A stretch of 64,000 bases of DNA from Candidatus Melainabacteria bacterium 17Bon1m (GTDB taxonomy: Bacteria; Cyanobacteriota; Vampirovibrionia; Obscuribacterales; Obscuribacteraceae): NCBI GenBank assembly GCA_032128875.1, contig JAVLKG010000002.1:512001-576000 (forward strand), in the 5' to 3' direction. Below the pieces are notes generated by a model. The model ran no database searches, was not told the DNA's origin, and saw nothing but the letters and a program-made list of their open reading frames with translations. How positions within the stretch are numbered: position 1 is the first letter of the stretch; each line of letters opens with the position of its first letter. Below, piece after piece: positions 18,945-27,617 of this stretch. The position numbers and the translations under genes are program-made.

Positions 18945-20306
18945 TTATTGTGCGCCTGCGCCTGAGCGTTGTGCGAGGCGATTTTTCTCTGCCAATTCGC
19001 GAACGTGTGCAAGTCTTCTTTCCATTTTCTTTTGGGTGATGCCGTTCATCATCATTTTCGGTACTGGCAAACCAGTGTCGATGTGCGAAGACAGTTCGAG
19101 CGTAGTCGATTTGCCGTCTGCTGAAGGGGTTAGTACCCAGCTGCCTTCCATCGATTTGAACTTGTCTGATTTGACCATTTGATAGTCGATGCGACGATTA
19201 GGAATTTCCTGCGTGTTTATCAAGCAGGTCGCCGAACCAATCATTGGCAGTGCAGTAAATTTCTGCTCCAATTGTGACTCGTTGACGCCTTGTCTCATGA
19301 TTTTGCTGTATGCAAGTTCTGGGTCAACCTTTCTCTGCTCGTGAACAGCGTTGAATACGACATCAGGCGGCGCCTTAATGACGATAGATGCTTTTACTCT
19401 CGACTTACCGCTATTCAAGTTTGGTTTTGGTGTCTCTGCTTGAACAGCTTGAGCGGTCGATTGTTTTTCTTGCTGTGCTGCAGATTCCTTTTTGACTTTG
19501 GAAATTCTGTCTCCGAAGACGCCTGGAAGCAGCCGACTTGTCTTGCCCTCATTCTTATCGTCTGAAGACTTATCTTCGTTTTTTGCTTCCTTTTCTTTCT
19601 TCTCTTTCTTTTCCTTCTTTGTTTCGGCCTTGGATTCAGTTTTAGACTCAGGCACCGTATTTGGTGACGGCTTGGCCGCGATTGCTGTAGGTTTTTTTGC
19701 TGGTGCCGCTATTTGCTCTGCAGAATCTAGATCTTGGATGTGCGACTTATATGCAGGAGTTGCTTTTGTATTTACATGTGCAACTTCGTAGTCTGCACTT
19801 TCTTCGAGAGTTGGCTGTTGCACGCGTGCCGGTGGTGCTTTTACTGCAACCGGCTCTGCTTGTCTTTGAACTTGCTGAGCAACTTGATGCTCTATATGTT
19901 GTTCTTCTCTGGCAAGCGTCTTAAGCACTGCCGCTTGAGCCGTCAAGGTTTCGTGCAATGAATTCTGTTTTTGTTCGATAACAGTGGTGCGTTTATTCAT
20001 CTGCAGTTGCAGCTGAGTCATTTGCGCCTGCAATTGCGTCAATTGCTGCTGAATCTGATAGAGCTGTGCTTGCAGCGTTTGCGGAGAATTAGCATCCTTA
20101 TCTTCGCTACCGAACAGTCCTTTAGCTTGCGCGGAAGAACCAAGGATGGTGCAAAGGACTAAAGATATGGCAACTGCAATAGTTTGCCGTTTGAGCGATG
20201 CTCTCAAATCGTTCTTAATCACGTGCGTCTCTCTTTCTACGGATACGATAAAAAGCGAAAAAACCTGTATCGGTGGCGCTTTTAGCACATCGGCAAAGCT
20301 TATCAT
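18945..20306 (-). CDS. Exported coiled-coil protein with C-terminal SRPBCC/START (polyketide cyclase/CoQ10-like) domain
   Basis: Signal-like IAVAISLVLCTILGSSAQA; Gln-rich coiled coil; C-terminal IVIKAPPDVVFNAV...FKSMEGSWVL; true start may be GTG 20222. Confidence 0.7.
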   Translation of the reverse strand: MISFADVLKAPPIQVFSLFIVSVERETHVIKNDLRASLKRQTIAVAISLVLCTILGSSAQAKGLFGSEDKDANSPQTLQAQLYQIQQQLTQLQAQMTQLQLQMNKRTTVIEQKQNSLHETLTAQAAVLKTLAREEQHIEHQVAQQVQRQAEPVAVKAPPARVQQPTLEESADYEVAHVNTKATPAYKSHIQDLDSAEQIAAPAKKPTAIAAKPSPNTVPESKTESKAETKKEKKEKKEKEAKNEDKSSDDKNEGKTSRLLPGVFGDRISKVKKESAAQQEKQSTAQAVQAETPKPNLNSGKSRVKASIVIKAPPDVVFNAVHEQRKVDPELAYSKIMRQGVNESQLEQKFTALPMIGSATCLINTQEIPNRRIDYQMVKSDKFKSMEGSWVLTPSADGKSTTLELSSHIDTGLPVPKMMMNGITQKKMERRLAHVRELAEKNRLAQRSGAGAQ

Positions 20307-20465
20307 GACAAGTGGGGGATTTGAAGAGGAGTAAGACTAAAAGAAAGTCATACACTTGTCATGAGTTTCGCGAGTCTGTCTAATGCTCAGTCTCGCACTA
20401 AAAAATTGACGGCTGCTTGATAACTGTTTTGGCCGGCAAGCAGATTCGGAAATTGGCGAGAAAGC

Positions 20466-21116
20466 TTACACGCCTATTGGAATGAACTTCGGCACAAGTC
20501 TGCGCCATTTCATCTTTTCTGCGTATTCGCGGTAGCCGTCGCCCAAGCTTTCGAGCAAGATCTTTTCTTCGTATTTGGCGCGATTCAGCCACAAAGGTGC
20601 GACTACACAAACGGTAAAAAGCACCAGCGGGACAGATGTTGAAGCCAGCGAAGCGCCGAGCAGCGATTGAATGATTCCGGAATAGGCTGGGTGCATGACG
20701 AATTTCAGCAATCCGTCGCTTTTCACTTTGTGATCTTCAAGAATTTCGGCGTCAGTGGTGAAAGCTTCCCCAAGAGAAATCCAACCGCCGATCATGAAAA
20801 TCAAACCGCTTATCAAAACGAGAATTCCCAACCAGGAAATGATCATCGTAATGCCGGTAGGTTCGCCCTGACCGAGCGTGATCAACGGATGCGCCCAATC
20901 TGCTTTTATAACGTCGGAGTACATCAAAAATGCAGGAATTAAAGCGAAGATCGTTGCTACCGAAGCATATTGAGGTGCGCGTTGAATGATGAAGTTCTTT
21001 TCGTATTTAACTCCGGTTCCGCGGCGAATGAAGGCTTTGGTAAGAACCGGCGCTGCAATTACCGCACCCACTGATACCAAGGCTACGGTCACCAATGTTG
21101 GGACGTTGAAACTCAC
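20466..21116 (-). CDS. ICMT/PEMT-family integral membrane methyltransferase
   Basis: Multiple TM helices; GLLKFVMHPAYSG and RAKYEEKIL...GDGYREY motifs; GGAG RBS. Confidence 0.8.
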   Translation of the reverse strand: MSFNVPTLVTVALVSVGAVIAAPVLTKAFIRRGTGVKYEKNFIIQRAPQYASVATIFALIPAFLMYSDVIKADWAHPLITLGQGEPTGITMIISWLGILVLISGLIFMIGGWISLGEAFTTDAEILEDHKVKSDGLLKFVMHPAYSGIIQSLLGASLASTSVPLVLFTVCVVAPLWLNRAKYEEKILLESLGDGYREYAEKMKWRRLVPKFIPIGV

Positions 21117-21361
21117 TTAGTTATCTCCCTCTAAAGAGAATCGATTGCCGGGCAATCCGAAATCGTTTTGAAATTTTGCCTGGAACTTTCTGAAGACAGC
21201 TTGCCATCTTTAGTCGTATCACTGTACAGGCAGGTAGCTCTCTGCGTCAACGAAAACACATTTGAACAATCGAGACTCCATCGTGATTTGTTTGAAACAC
21301 GAGTTGACTGACGTCAGTTGCATTTATTTGTTTCATTGGCAATTGTTCATTGCCGAAAGAA

Positions 21362-22075
21362 TTAGCGAGCGTCTTCGAGTAATTGCTCGTCGGACTCAAG
21401 CGGGCATTTCCAGAGTCTGTAGAGTGCATTGAGCACTGTTTGAGCGGGCTGTGGCAATTCGTCACCAGGTGCCACTTCGATATCGTCCAGCATACGTCTC
21501 ATCCAGAGTGCGTGACGAGTATGCGGACGTGAGTGATGTCTCAGCCATTCCAAGCCGTCCTCAACTTCTTCTTTCGTATATTCAGAAGCATGATCGGCGA
21601 AATACTTTTCAAAAATTTCGAGAGTCTGGCGTGCATACGCTGTTGCGGCCAACTCTGCCGTTACTACTGCCAGTACTCCGTCTTTATGATTTGGGCTTTC
21701 GCACCATCTGCGCATAACCTGGCAAAGATGATGGCTTGCTTCGTTCAAAAGATCAGTCTTCAATTGTTCGTCCGTAATGCCTGCCAGGTGGCACTGTTTG
21801 ACGTACATCTGCTGGTAGGTCAGCTCTTCATCAGCTAATTGGTTGAACAGCTTTTTGCCGGCGTCCATGTTATCGGGCAGACAATCTCTGACAAGCGAGA
21901 TATTGCGCGGCAACTCCCTGATAAATGGCCAGAGGCTCAAACAGATTTCGCTTCCCAGAGGGATGACCGTTTCGTCTTGGATGCCGCCACTAAAGGGACT
22001 TGTTTTGCATCCGAGCGTTATTCTTTCGATAAGGGTTGGCATCCACCCCGATTTACGCGACATATTAGATTCCAA
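21362..22075 (-). CDS. Heme-oxygenase-like (TenA/PqqC/CADD-type) iron-containing redox protein
   Basis: Helical pattern WPFIRELP, LADEEL, AELAA, GLEWLRHHSRPHTRHALWM. Confidence 0.6.
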   Translation of the reverse strand: MESNMSRKSGWMPTLIERITLGCKTSPFSGGIQDETVIPLGSEICLSLWPFIRELPRNISLVRDCLPDNMDAGKKLFNQLADEELTYQQMYVKQCHLAGITDEQLKTDLLNEASHHLCQVMRRWCESPNHKDGVLAVVTAELAATAYARQTLEIFEKYFADHASEYTKEEVEDGLEWLRHHSRPHTRHALWMRRMLDDIEVAPGDELPQPAQTVLNALYRLWKCPLESDEQLLEDAR

Positions 22076-22331
22076 TAACCTATAAAACCCCAGTCATATA
22101 CTTTACTACGCAAATTAGACAGTCCTATGTAATCTAACTAATGAATGTTAAGCACCGGTGAGAAATCCCCTAAAAGTCTGCAGAACTGCGTTATCAGGGG
22201 GATGTAGAGATCTCAAGCAGTGTTAAACTCAGGCGCTGGCGCACATTTGCGGATTTTTACGAACTTAATTTCGATATTCGAGCCAGAATATATATTTTGG
22301 TTTTCAAATCTTAGGGAATTCCCCCAGCTCA

Positions 22332-23399
22332 ATGCCTTCAGTCGACAGCAGTCAAGAAAAGCAGACGGCACAGGCCGAAGAAAAGGTTGTTTCACCTTTG
22401 CCCTTGCCCATGCAGAGTCTGGCAACGGGAGAAAAGCTGCAGAGCAGAACGGATAGCTCGGTCGAAATCGTCAATGTTCGTGGTGCGAACCTGCAATTGC
22501 GTAAATTTCTCCCTCAAGATTCATCGCTGAATTTTGCTCCCGAACAACCAGCCAAAATCAACGAGAATAAACCAGTCGCTCTCTACTTGCACGGCATTGA
22601 AGGCCATGCCGAATGGTTCGCTAATACTGCTTCTGTGCTCAATCAAGCCGGCATTTCGGTCTATGCGCCGGACAGGCGCGGAGCCGGTCTTAATTTCTTC
22701 GAGCGCGGGCACGTGGAAAATGCCCAAGTGTTGATCGAAGACGTTGAGTTTTTCCTGAGCCTGGTTGCCGAAAGACACCCCGGGGCGCCGCTCTTTCTTA
22801 TCGGGAACTGCTGGGGAGCGAAATTGGCCGCTATTGTTGCTTCTGAAACACACAAATGGTCGACCAAAAGCGCAGAACATCCCGCAAAACCTGAACTTAC
22901 GGGCCTGGTCTTAATTTGCCCGGCAATAAAAACCAAGCCCGACCTGAAATTCTCTGACAAACTGTCGATTGCAGCTGCTTTGATCGCAGGAAAAGACGCC
23001 CTCAAACAACAGCTGCCGATTCCTCTCACCACTTTGATGTTTACCGACAATCATCTCTTTCTCGACTATATCGATAAAGACCCTCTACGACTGACGTCTG
23101 CTAGTAAAGCCTTTTACTTTGCCAGTTTTCTTCTCAGTCTAAAGTCCGCTCGAATCGCGCCATCCATCAAGATTCCCACCCTGATTCTCCAGTCAGATAA
23201 CGATGCGATTGTCGATGTTCCCGGCATCGAAAGTTGGTTTTCCAAAATTGCAACTGCCGATAAGAGATACAAAAAATACGACGGCGCTGCGCACAGTATG
23301 GATTTCGATAAGCGGCAATTTATGGATTATGCTCGCGACCTTACCGAATGGATAGAGGAGATCGGCACCCAAAGTCAAAAGCAGGGTGTCTTGCAATGA
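22332..23399 (+). CDS. Alpha/beta hydrolase (lysophospholipase/Hydrolase_4-like) with Cys at the nucleophile elbow
   Basis: LHGIEGH, PDRRGAG..RGH, GNCWG, DAIV, AHSM. Confidence 0.85.
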   Translation: MPSVDSSQEKQTAQAEEKVVSPLPLPMQSLATGEKLQSRTDSSVEIVNVRGANLQLRKFLPQDSSLNFAPEQPAKINENKPVALYLHGIEGHAEWFANTASVLNQAGISVYAPDRRGAGLNFFERGHVENAQVLIEDVEFFLSLVAERHPGAPLFLIGNCWGAKLAAIVASETHKWSTKSAEHPAKPELTGLVLICPAIKTKPDLKFSDKLSIAAALIAGKDALKQQLPIPLTTLMFTDNHLFLDYIDKDPLRLTSASKAFYFASFLLSLKSARIAPSIKIPTLILQSDNDAIVDVPGIESWFSKIATADKRYKKYDGAAHSMDFDKRQFMDYARDLTEWIEEIGTQSQKQGVLQ

Positions 23400-24625
23400 T
23401 CAAAATCACTGATATTCAAGTATCGACTGTCCTTCTGCCGTTTCGATTTGCGTTTAAACACAGCCTGGCTTCGCGCTCATTTTCGACCAACGTCATCGTC
23501 AAAGTGAAGATGGAAGACACCGCAACGGGTGCCACTGTATTTGGTTTGGGCGAAAGCGTTCCTAGAGACTACGTCACCGGTGAAACCTGCGAAACCGCAC
23601 TAGCTGAGATTAAGAGCAACTTTGCTCCCAGATTTCTCAACCAGAATCTCGATCAAGAACGCAAAGCGACTGAATCAGTAAGGCGAATGATAGAAGAGGT
23701 CGCTGCCTCTCTCAATGTCTACGGACGCAGAGTGGGAGCCTCTTTCTGCGCCCTGGAACTGGCACTTCTTGATGCTGCCGCCAAAATTGAGGGTGTTTCT
23801 ATTAGCCAGTGGTTGGCTGCCGAAAACGGCCGAGACGCTGTTGAATCAATTGATTACGGTGGCGTCATTCCTTTTGGAAAACGCAAAGTGCTCGCCGCAT
23901 TGCTTTACTTTTATAAGTTCTACGGATACAAAACCGTCAAATTGAAAGTCGGCGACGATCCAGACCTCGATCTCTTTACAGTCCGAAAAGCACGCGAACT
24001 TCTGGGATCCTCCACCGTCATTAGAGTTGATGCGAATTGCGCCTGGGACTTCGACAGCACAGTTGATTTTTCTCAAAAGGCGCAGGGCTACAACATAGCC
24101 TCTATTGAGCAACCGGTGCCCTTCGACCGGCTGGACGAATTGGTCGAGCTGACAAAGGTTTTGAAGGAAGAAATAGTCGTTGACGAATCATTGTGTACAG
24201 TGCAAGAGGCTCAAGACCTGGCGACAAAAAGAGCGTGTGGCGGTTTCAACATAAGAATTTCCAAGGTTGGTGGTCTTTTGGCTGCTCAGAAAATAATTGA
24301 CATTGCCCACAAGAATGGAATTAGCATCCATCTTGGCGCTCAGGTTGGCGAGAGCGGTATTTTGACGGCGGCCGGAAGAGCTTTGGCATGCGCGAATCAG
24401 AAATTTGAAAATTACGAAGGCGCCGCTAATTTTTTCCTCCTCAAAGAAGATCTGACAAAAGAAAATATGACCGCCGGTTTTGGCGGCAGAGGCAAAATGC
24501 CTAACGGTAAAGGTATTGGCGTGACGGTAAACGAGCAAAATTTAAATCGGTTTGAAGTGAAGCTTCAATCTGCCGATGCGAGTTCCGCTGCCCTTGAGGC
24601 GACAGGGAGAGGTCTTCATGTTTAA
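23396..24625 (+). CDS. Enolase-superfamily (muconate cycloisomerase/epimerase subgroup) enzyme
   Basis: GLGE, ELALLD, KLKVG, RVDAN, IEQP, DES, ISKVGG; ATGA overlap with upstream gene. Confidence 0.88.
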   Translation: MIKITDIQVSTVLLPFRFAFKHSLASRSFSTNVIVKVKMEDTATGATVFGLGESVPRDYVTGETCETALAEIKSNFAPRFLNQNLDQERKATESVRRMIEEVAASLNVYGRRVGASFCALELALLDAAAKIEGVSISQWLAAENGRDAVESIDYGGVIPFGKRKVLAALLYFYKFYGYKTVKLKVGDDPDLDLFTVRKARELLGSSTVIRVDANCAWDFDSTVDFSQKAQGYNIASIEQPVPFDRLDELVELTKVLKEEIVVDESLCTVQEAQDLATKRACGGFNIRISKVGGLLAAQKIIDIAHKNGISIHLGAQVGESGILTAAGRALACANQKFENYEGAANFFLLKEDLTKENMTAGFGGRGKMPNGKGIGVTVNEQNLNRFEVKLQSADASSAALEATGRGLHV

Positions 24626-26285
24626 ACGTCCCAGTTTGATTCATATGGGTCAGTTATATAGGCGCGCGACGCACATTCGGCGTTTTTTCAACGCTGTCAA
24701 AAATCCTCAAGAAGTGCAAGCGCAGAAATTGCTCGGCTATATTCGCGCCAATGAAAATAGCGCCTTCGGCAAAGCAAATAATTTCGACAAGATACGCACC
24801 GTCGAAGACTATCAACGCTATGTTCGCCCCTGCAAATATGAAGATCTTCAGCCATATATCGATAAGGTTCGCGCCGGTGCTACCAATCAATTGACGCGCG
24901 AAAATCCATTTATGTTTGCCACTACCAGTGGCACCACTGCCCTTCCGAAATTCATTCCTATAACGGCAACGCATATTCGCGATTACACGCATGCGTTTCA
25001 AGTGCACAACTATCACTTGATTCAAGATTATCCGCGCGCCGCGGACGGTCGATTTCTTTTAATCACAAGCAATGATGAAGAAGGGCGCACCGAATCTAAC
25101 ATTCCCTATGGTGCTGTTTCCGGCATGTTGAATCGCCGGCAACCGGAGATCATCCGCAAGCATTTTGCTACTCCATACGAACTTTGCAAAATCAAAAATG
25201 TCGATGCCAAATACTATTTGATGTTGCGCTCTGCTCTCGGATTGGATGTAACGGCGGTGATTTGCTGCAATCCATCTAGTTTGCTTTTGCTGGCAGATCA
25301 AATGAAAGAGCACGCAGCAGATTTGGTCGCCGACCTCTTTGACGGCACGGTCAAAAACACATACAGACCCCCTGCTGAATACAGCGATGCCTTTGCGAAA
25401 TTCTTCGTACCCAACAAAGAACGTGCTCGCCAACTCGACAAAATGCTTGAGAAAGACGGCTTGCTCCTGCCTCGCACTGTCTGGTCGAATTTGGAAATTC
25501 TGGTGTCCTGGAAAGGTGGACCGATGGCTTTCTATTTGGACAAGCTTCCTGAAATGTATGGAAATATGCCGGTCCGTGATTTCGGTTATATGGCAAGCGA
25601 GGGGCGCGGATCCATTCCGATTACCAGCGAAGGCTCAGGTGGCGTTTTGGCTATTACTAGCCACTTCTATGAATTCGTAGAGGAAGACGCGCACGAACAG
25701 CCCAATCCGAAATTCCTGCTTGCGCATCAACTGAAAAAGGGTGGACGTTATTTCATCTACTTCACCACCGGCGCCGGTCTATATCGGTACAACATCAATG
25801 ATTTGGTGGAAGTTGTAGATTTTGAGGGCAATGCACCGATTATTCGATTTGTTCAAAAGGGCATGGGTGTCAGCTCAATAACTGGGGAAAAACTCACCGA
25901 AGAGCAGGTTTTGGTTGCACTGACGATGGCAAAAACTCAGTTGGGCTTGAGCGAAGTCGAACATTGCACGGTGGAAGTAGAACTCGGCTCACCGCCTTTC
26001 TACGTGGCATTCGCAGAGACGAGTTCTGAGTTGCCGGACTCCGTGAAAAATCAGTTTATTCGTATATTTGATGATTCACTCAAAAATCAAAATCCAGAGT
26101 ATCAAGATAAGCGGTCAACCAAACGGCTTGGATTGCCGGTCATGCGCACTCTGCCCTCGGGGACTTACATGAAATTGAGACAACAACGCGTGCTGCAGGG
26201 GGCACCTGAAGCGCAGGTTAAAATACCTCTCTTGAGTGCGCACAGCTCCTTTACCGGGCAGTTGGCGCAAATCCAAGTCTCATAA
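24618..26285 (+). CDS. GH3-family acyl-acid amido synthetase
   Basis: TTSGTT..PKFIP, YMASEG, FYEF, GLYRYNIND, GEKLTE; ATG 24618 with GGAGAGG RBS. Confidence 0.9.
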   Translation: MFKRPSLIHMGQLYRRATHIRRFFNAVKNPQEVQAQKLLGYIRANENSAFGKANNFDKIRTVEDYQRYVRPCKYEDLQPYIDKVRAGATNQLTRENPFMFATTSGTTALPKFIPITATHIRDYTHAFQVHNYHLIQDYPRAADGRFLLITSNDEEGRTESNIPYGAVSGMLNRRQPEIIRKHFATPYELCKIKNVDAKYYLMLRSALGLDVTAVICCNPSSLLLLADQMKEHAADLVADLFDGTVKNTYRPPAEYSDAFAKFFVPNKERARQLDKMLEKDGLLLPRTVWSNLEILVSWKGGPMAFYLDKLPEMYGNMPVRDFGYMASEGRGSIPITSEGSGGVLAITSHFYEFVEEDAHEQPNPKFLLAHQLKKGGRYFIYFTTGAGLYRYNINDLVEVVDFEGNAPIIRFVQKGMGVSSITGEKLTEEQVLVALTMAKTQLGLSEVEHCTVEVELGSPPFYVAFAETSSELPDSVKNQFIRIFDDSLKNQNPEYQDKRSTKRLGLPVMRTLPSGTYMKLRQQRVLQGAPEAQVKIPLLSAHSSFTGQLAQIQVS

Positions 26286-26303
26286 CAAGGAAAGGAAAAT
26301 TCA

Positions 26304-27356
26304 ATGACTGGAAAAGTAAAGGTGGCGATAACGGGAGCCTCTGGGCTCGTAGGAAGTCACCTGGCAGAGCATCTCGTTCTGAGCGGATACGATGTTGTTG
26401 CTATGTCGCGGAATGCTTCAAGTGAAAAGTGTTTGACTGCAATTACCGGTCCTGGCAAATTGACTTTGCTAAATGTTGATGTGAATGATGAAAACGCATT
26501 GCAACACGCTTTTACCGGCTGTGATGTTGTCGTCCATGCGGCAGGCACCGTTGATCCTTACGGCTCGCGCCAGACAATTTTCAAAACCAATGTTGAAGGC
26601 ACTCGCAACGCCATGTCTGCCGCTCGCAATCGCGGGGTAAAGCAGTTTATCTTTGTCAGCAGCCTGTCTGTAATTACAGGTCAAGGTGACCAGTTCGATG
26701 TCGATGAAACTGCCGAGCTCAAACCTTGCGGCGAGTCGTATGCCGATTCGAAAGTAGAAGCCGAAAGGCTGGTGATGAGCGAGCCTGAAACCTCTTCGAT
26801 GAAAGTTACGTCAGTGCGTCCCGGCTTTATATATGGGCCCAGAGAGAAAGCCTGGATGCCTCGCTTGATCAATTCAATTGGCACAGGTAAGGCAATGTTG
26901 ATTGGTGGTGGCGTCAAAGAAACCAACGTCATCTATGTCGGTAATCTGAGCAAAGCGATTGAAAATGCCTTTCTCAATCCAAAAGCGTACGGACAAGTAT
27001 TCAATTTGACCGATGGGGAAAAGGTCACCAAAAAAGAACTCTTTGATGCGATTGCTGATGGGTTGGGGCTTCCTAGAGTATCGAAACAGATACCTGTTCC
27101 AGTTGCGCGCTTTGCCTGCGAGTTGATTTCCTCTTTTGCGCCTCTTTTGCCAGTGGAAAAGCAGCGCGGACTGGCACGCTTTTCGCGAGCAGCATTCCGC
27201 CTGGCCGGAGTGAATCAGGGCTTTTCGGTCAAGAAGGCAGAACGAGACCTAAACTATGTCAATCGCACCTCATTTAAGGAAGGCATGGCCAAGACTCTGG
27301 AATACTTCAAAGCTGAGCGCCAGGGTGCGCAAAAAGAGGTTGCAACGCGCAGATGA
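26304..27356 (+). CDS. Extended SDR, 3-beta-hydroxysteroid dehydrogenase/OleD-like
   Basis: TGASGLVG, VVHAA, SSLSV, YADSK, RPGFIYGP. Confidence 0.88.
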   Translation: MTGKVKVAITGASGLVGSHLAEHLVLSGYDVVAMSRNASSEKCLTAITGPGKLTLLNVDVNDENALQHAFTGCDVVVHAAGTVDPYGSRQTIFKTNVEGTRNAMSAARNRGVKQFIFVSSLSVITGQGDQFDVDETAELKPCGESYADSKVEAERLVMSEPETSSMKVTSVRPGFIYGPREKAWMPRLINSIGTGKAMLIGGGVKETNVIYVGNLSKAIENAFLNPKAYGQVFNLTDGEKVTKKELFDAIADGLGLPRVSKQIPVPVARFACELISSFAPLLPVEKQRGLARFSRAAFRLAGVNQGFSVKKAERDLNYVNRTSFKEGMAKTLEYFKAERQGAQKEVATRR

Positions 27357-27613
27357 TGAATGCCAAAGAGTTTGTAATCGACTATATAGGCAGGCACAAA
27401 CACCCTGTTAATGCTTGCTTGCACTTGGTCGGTGTGCCGTCGGCGTTTTACGGCATGTTTTTATTTGTAACCGGCAAATTTGCCTGGGGTTCTGCACTCA
27501 TTGTCCTTGGCTATTTTCTTCAATACCTTGGTCACAAAGCGCAGGGAAATGAAGTTGGCGAAGTTACTCTTATAAAACACCTATGGAAAAAAGTTTCCGC
27601 ACCGCGGAGTTGA
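27353..27613 (+). CDS. Mpo1/DUF962-like small membrane protein
   Basis: YIGRHKHPVNACLHLVGVP and QYLGH..QGN His motifs, two TM helices; translationally coupled. Confidence 0.78.
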   Translation: MMNAKEFVIDYIGRHKHPVNACLHLVGVPSAFYGMFLFVTGKFAWGSALIVLGYFLQYLGHKAQGNEVGEVTLIKHLWKKVSAPRS

Positions 27614-27617
27614 ACAG

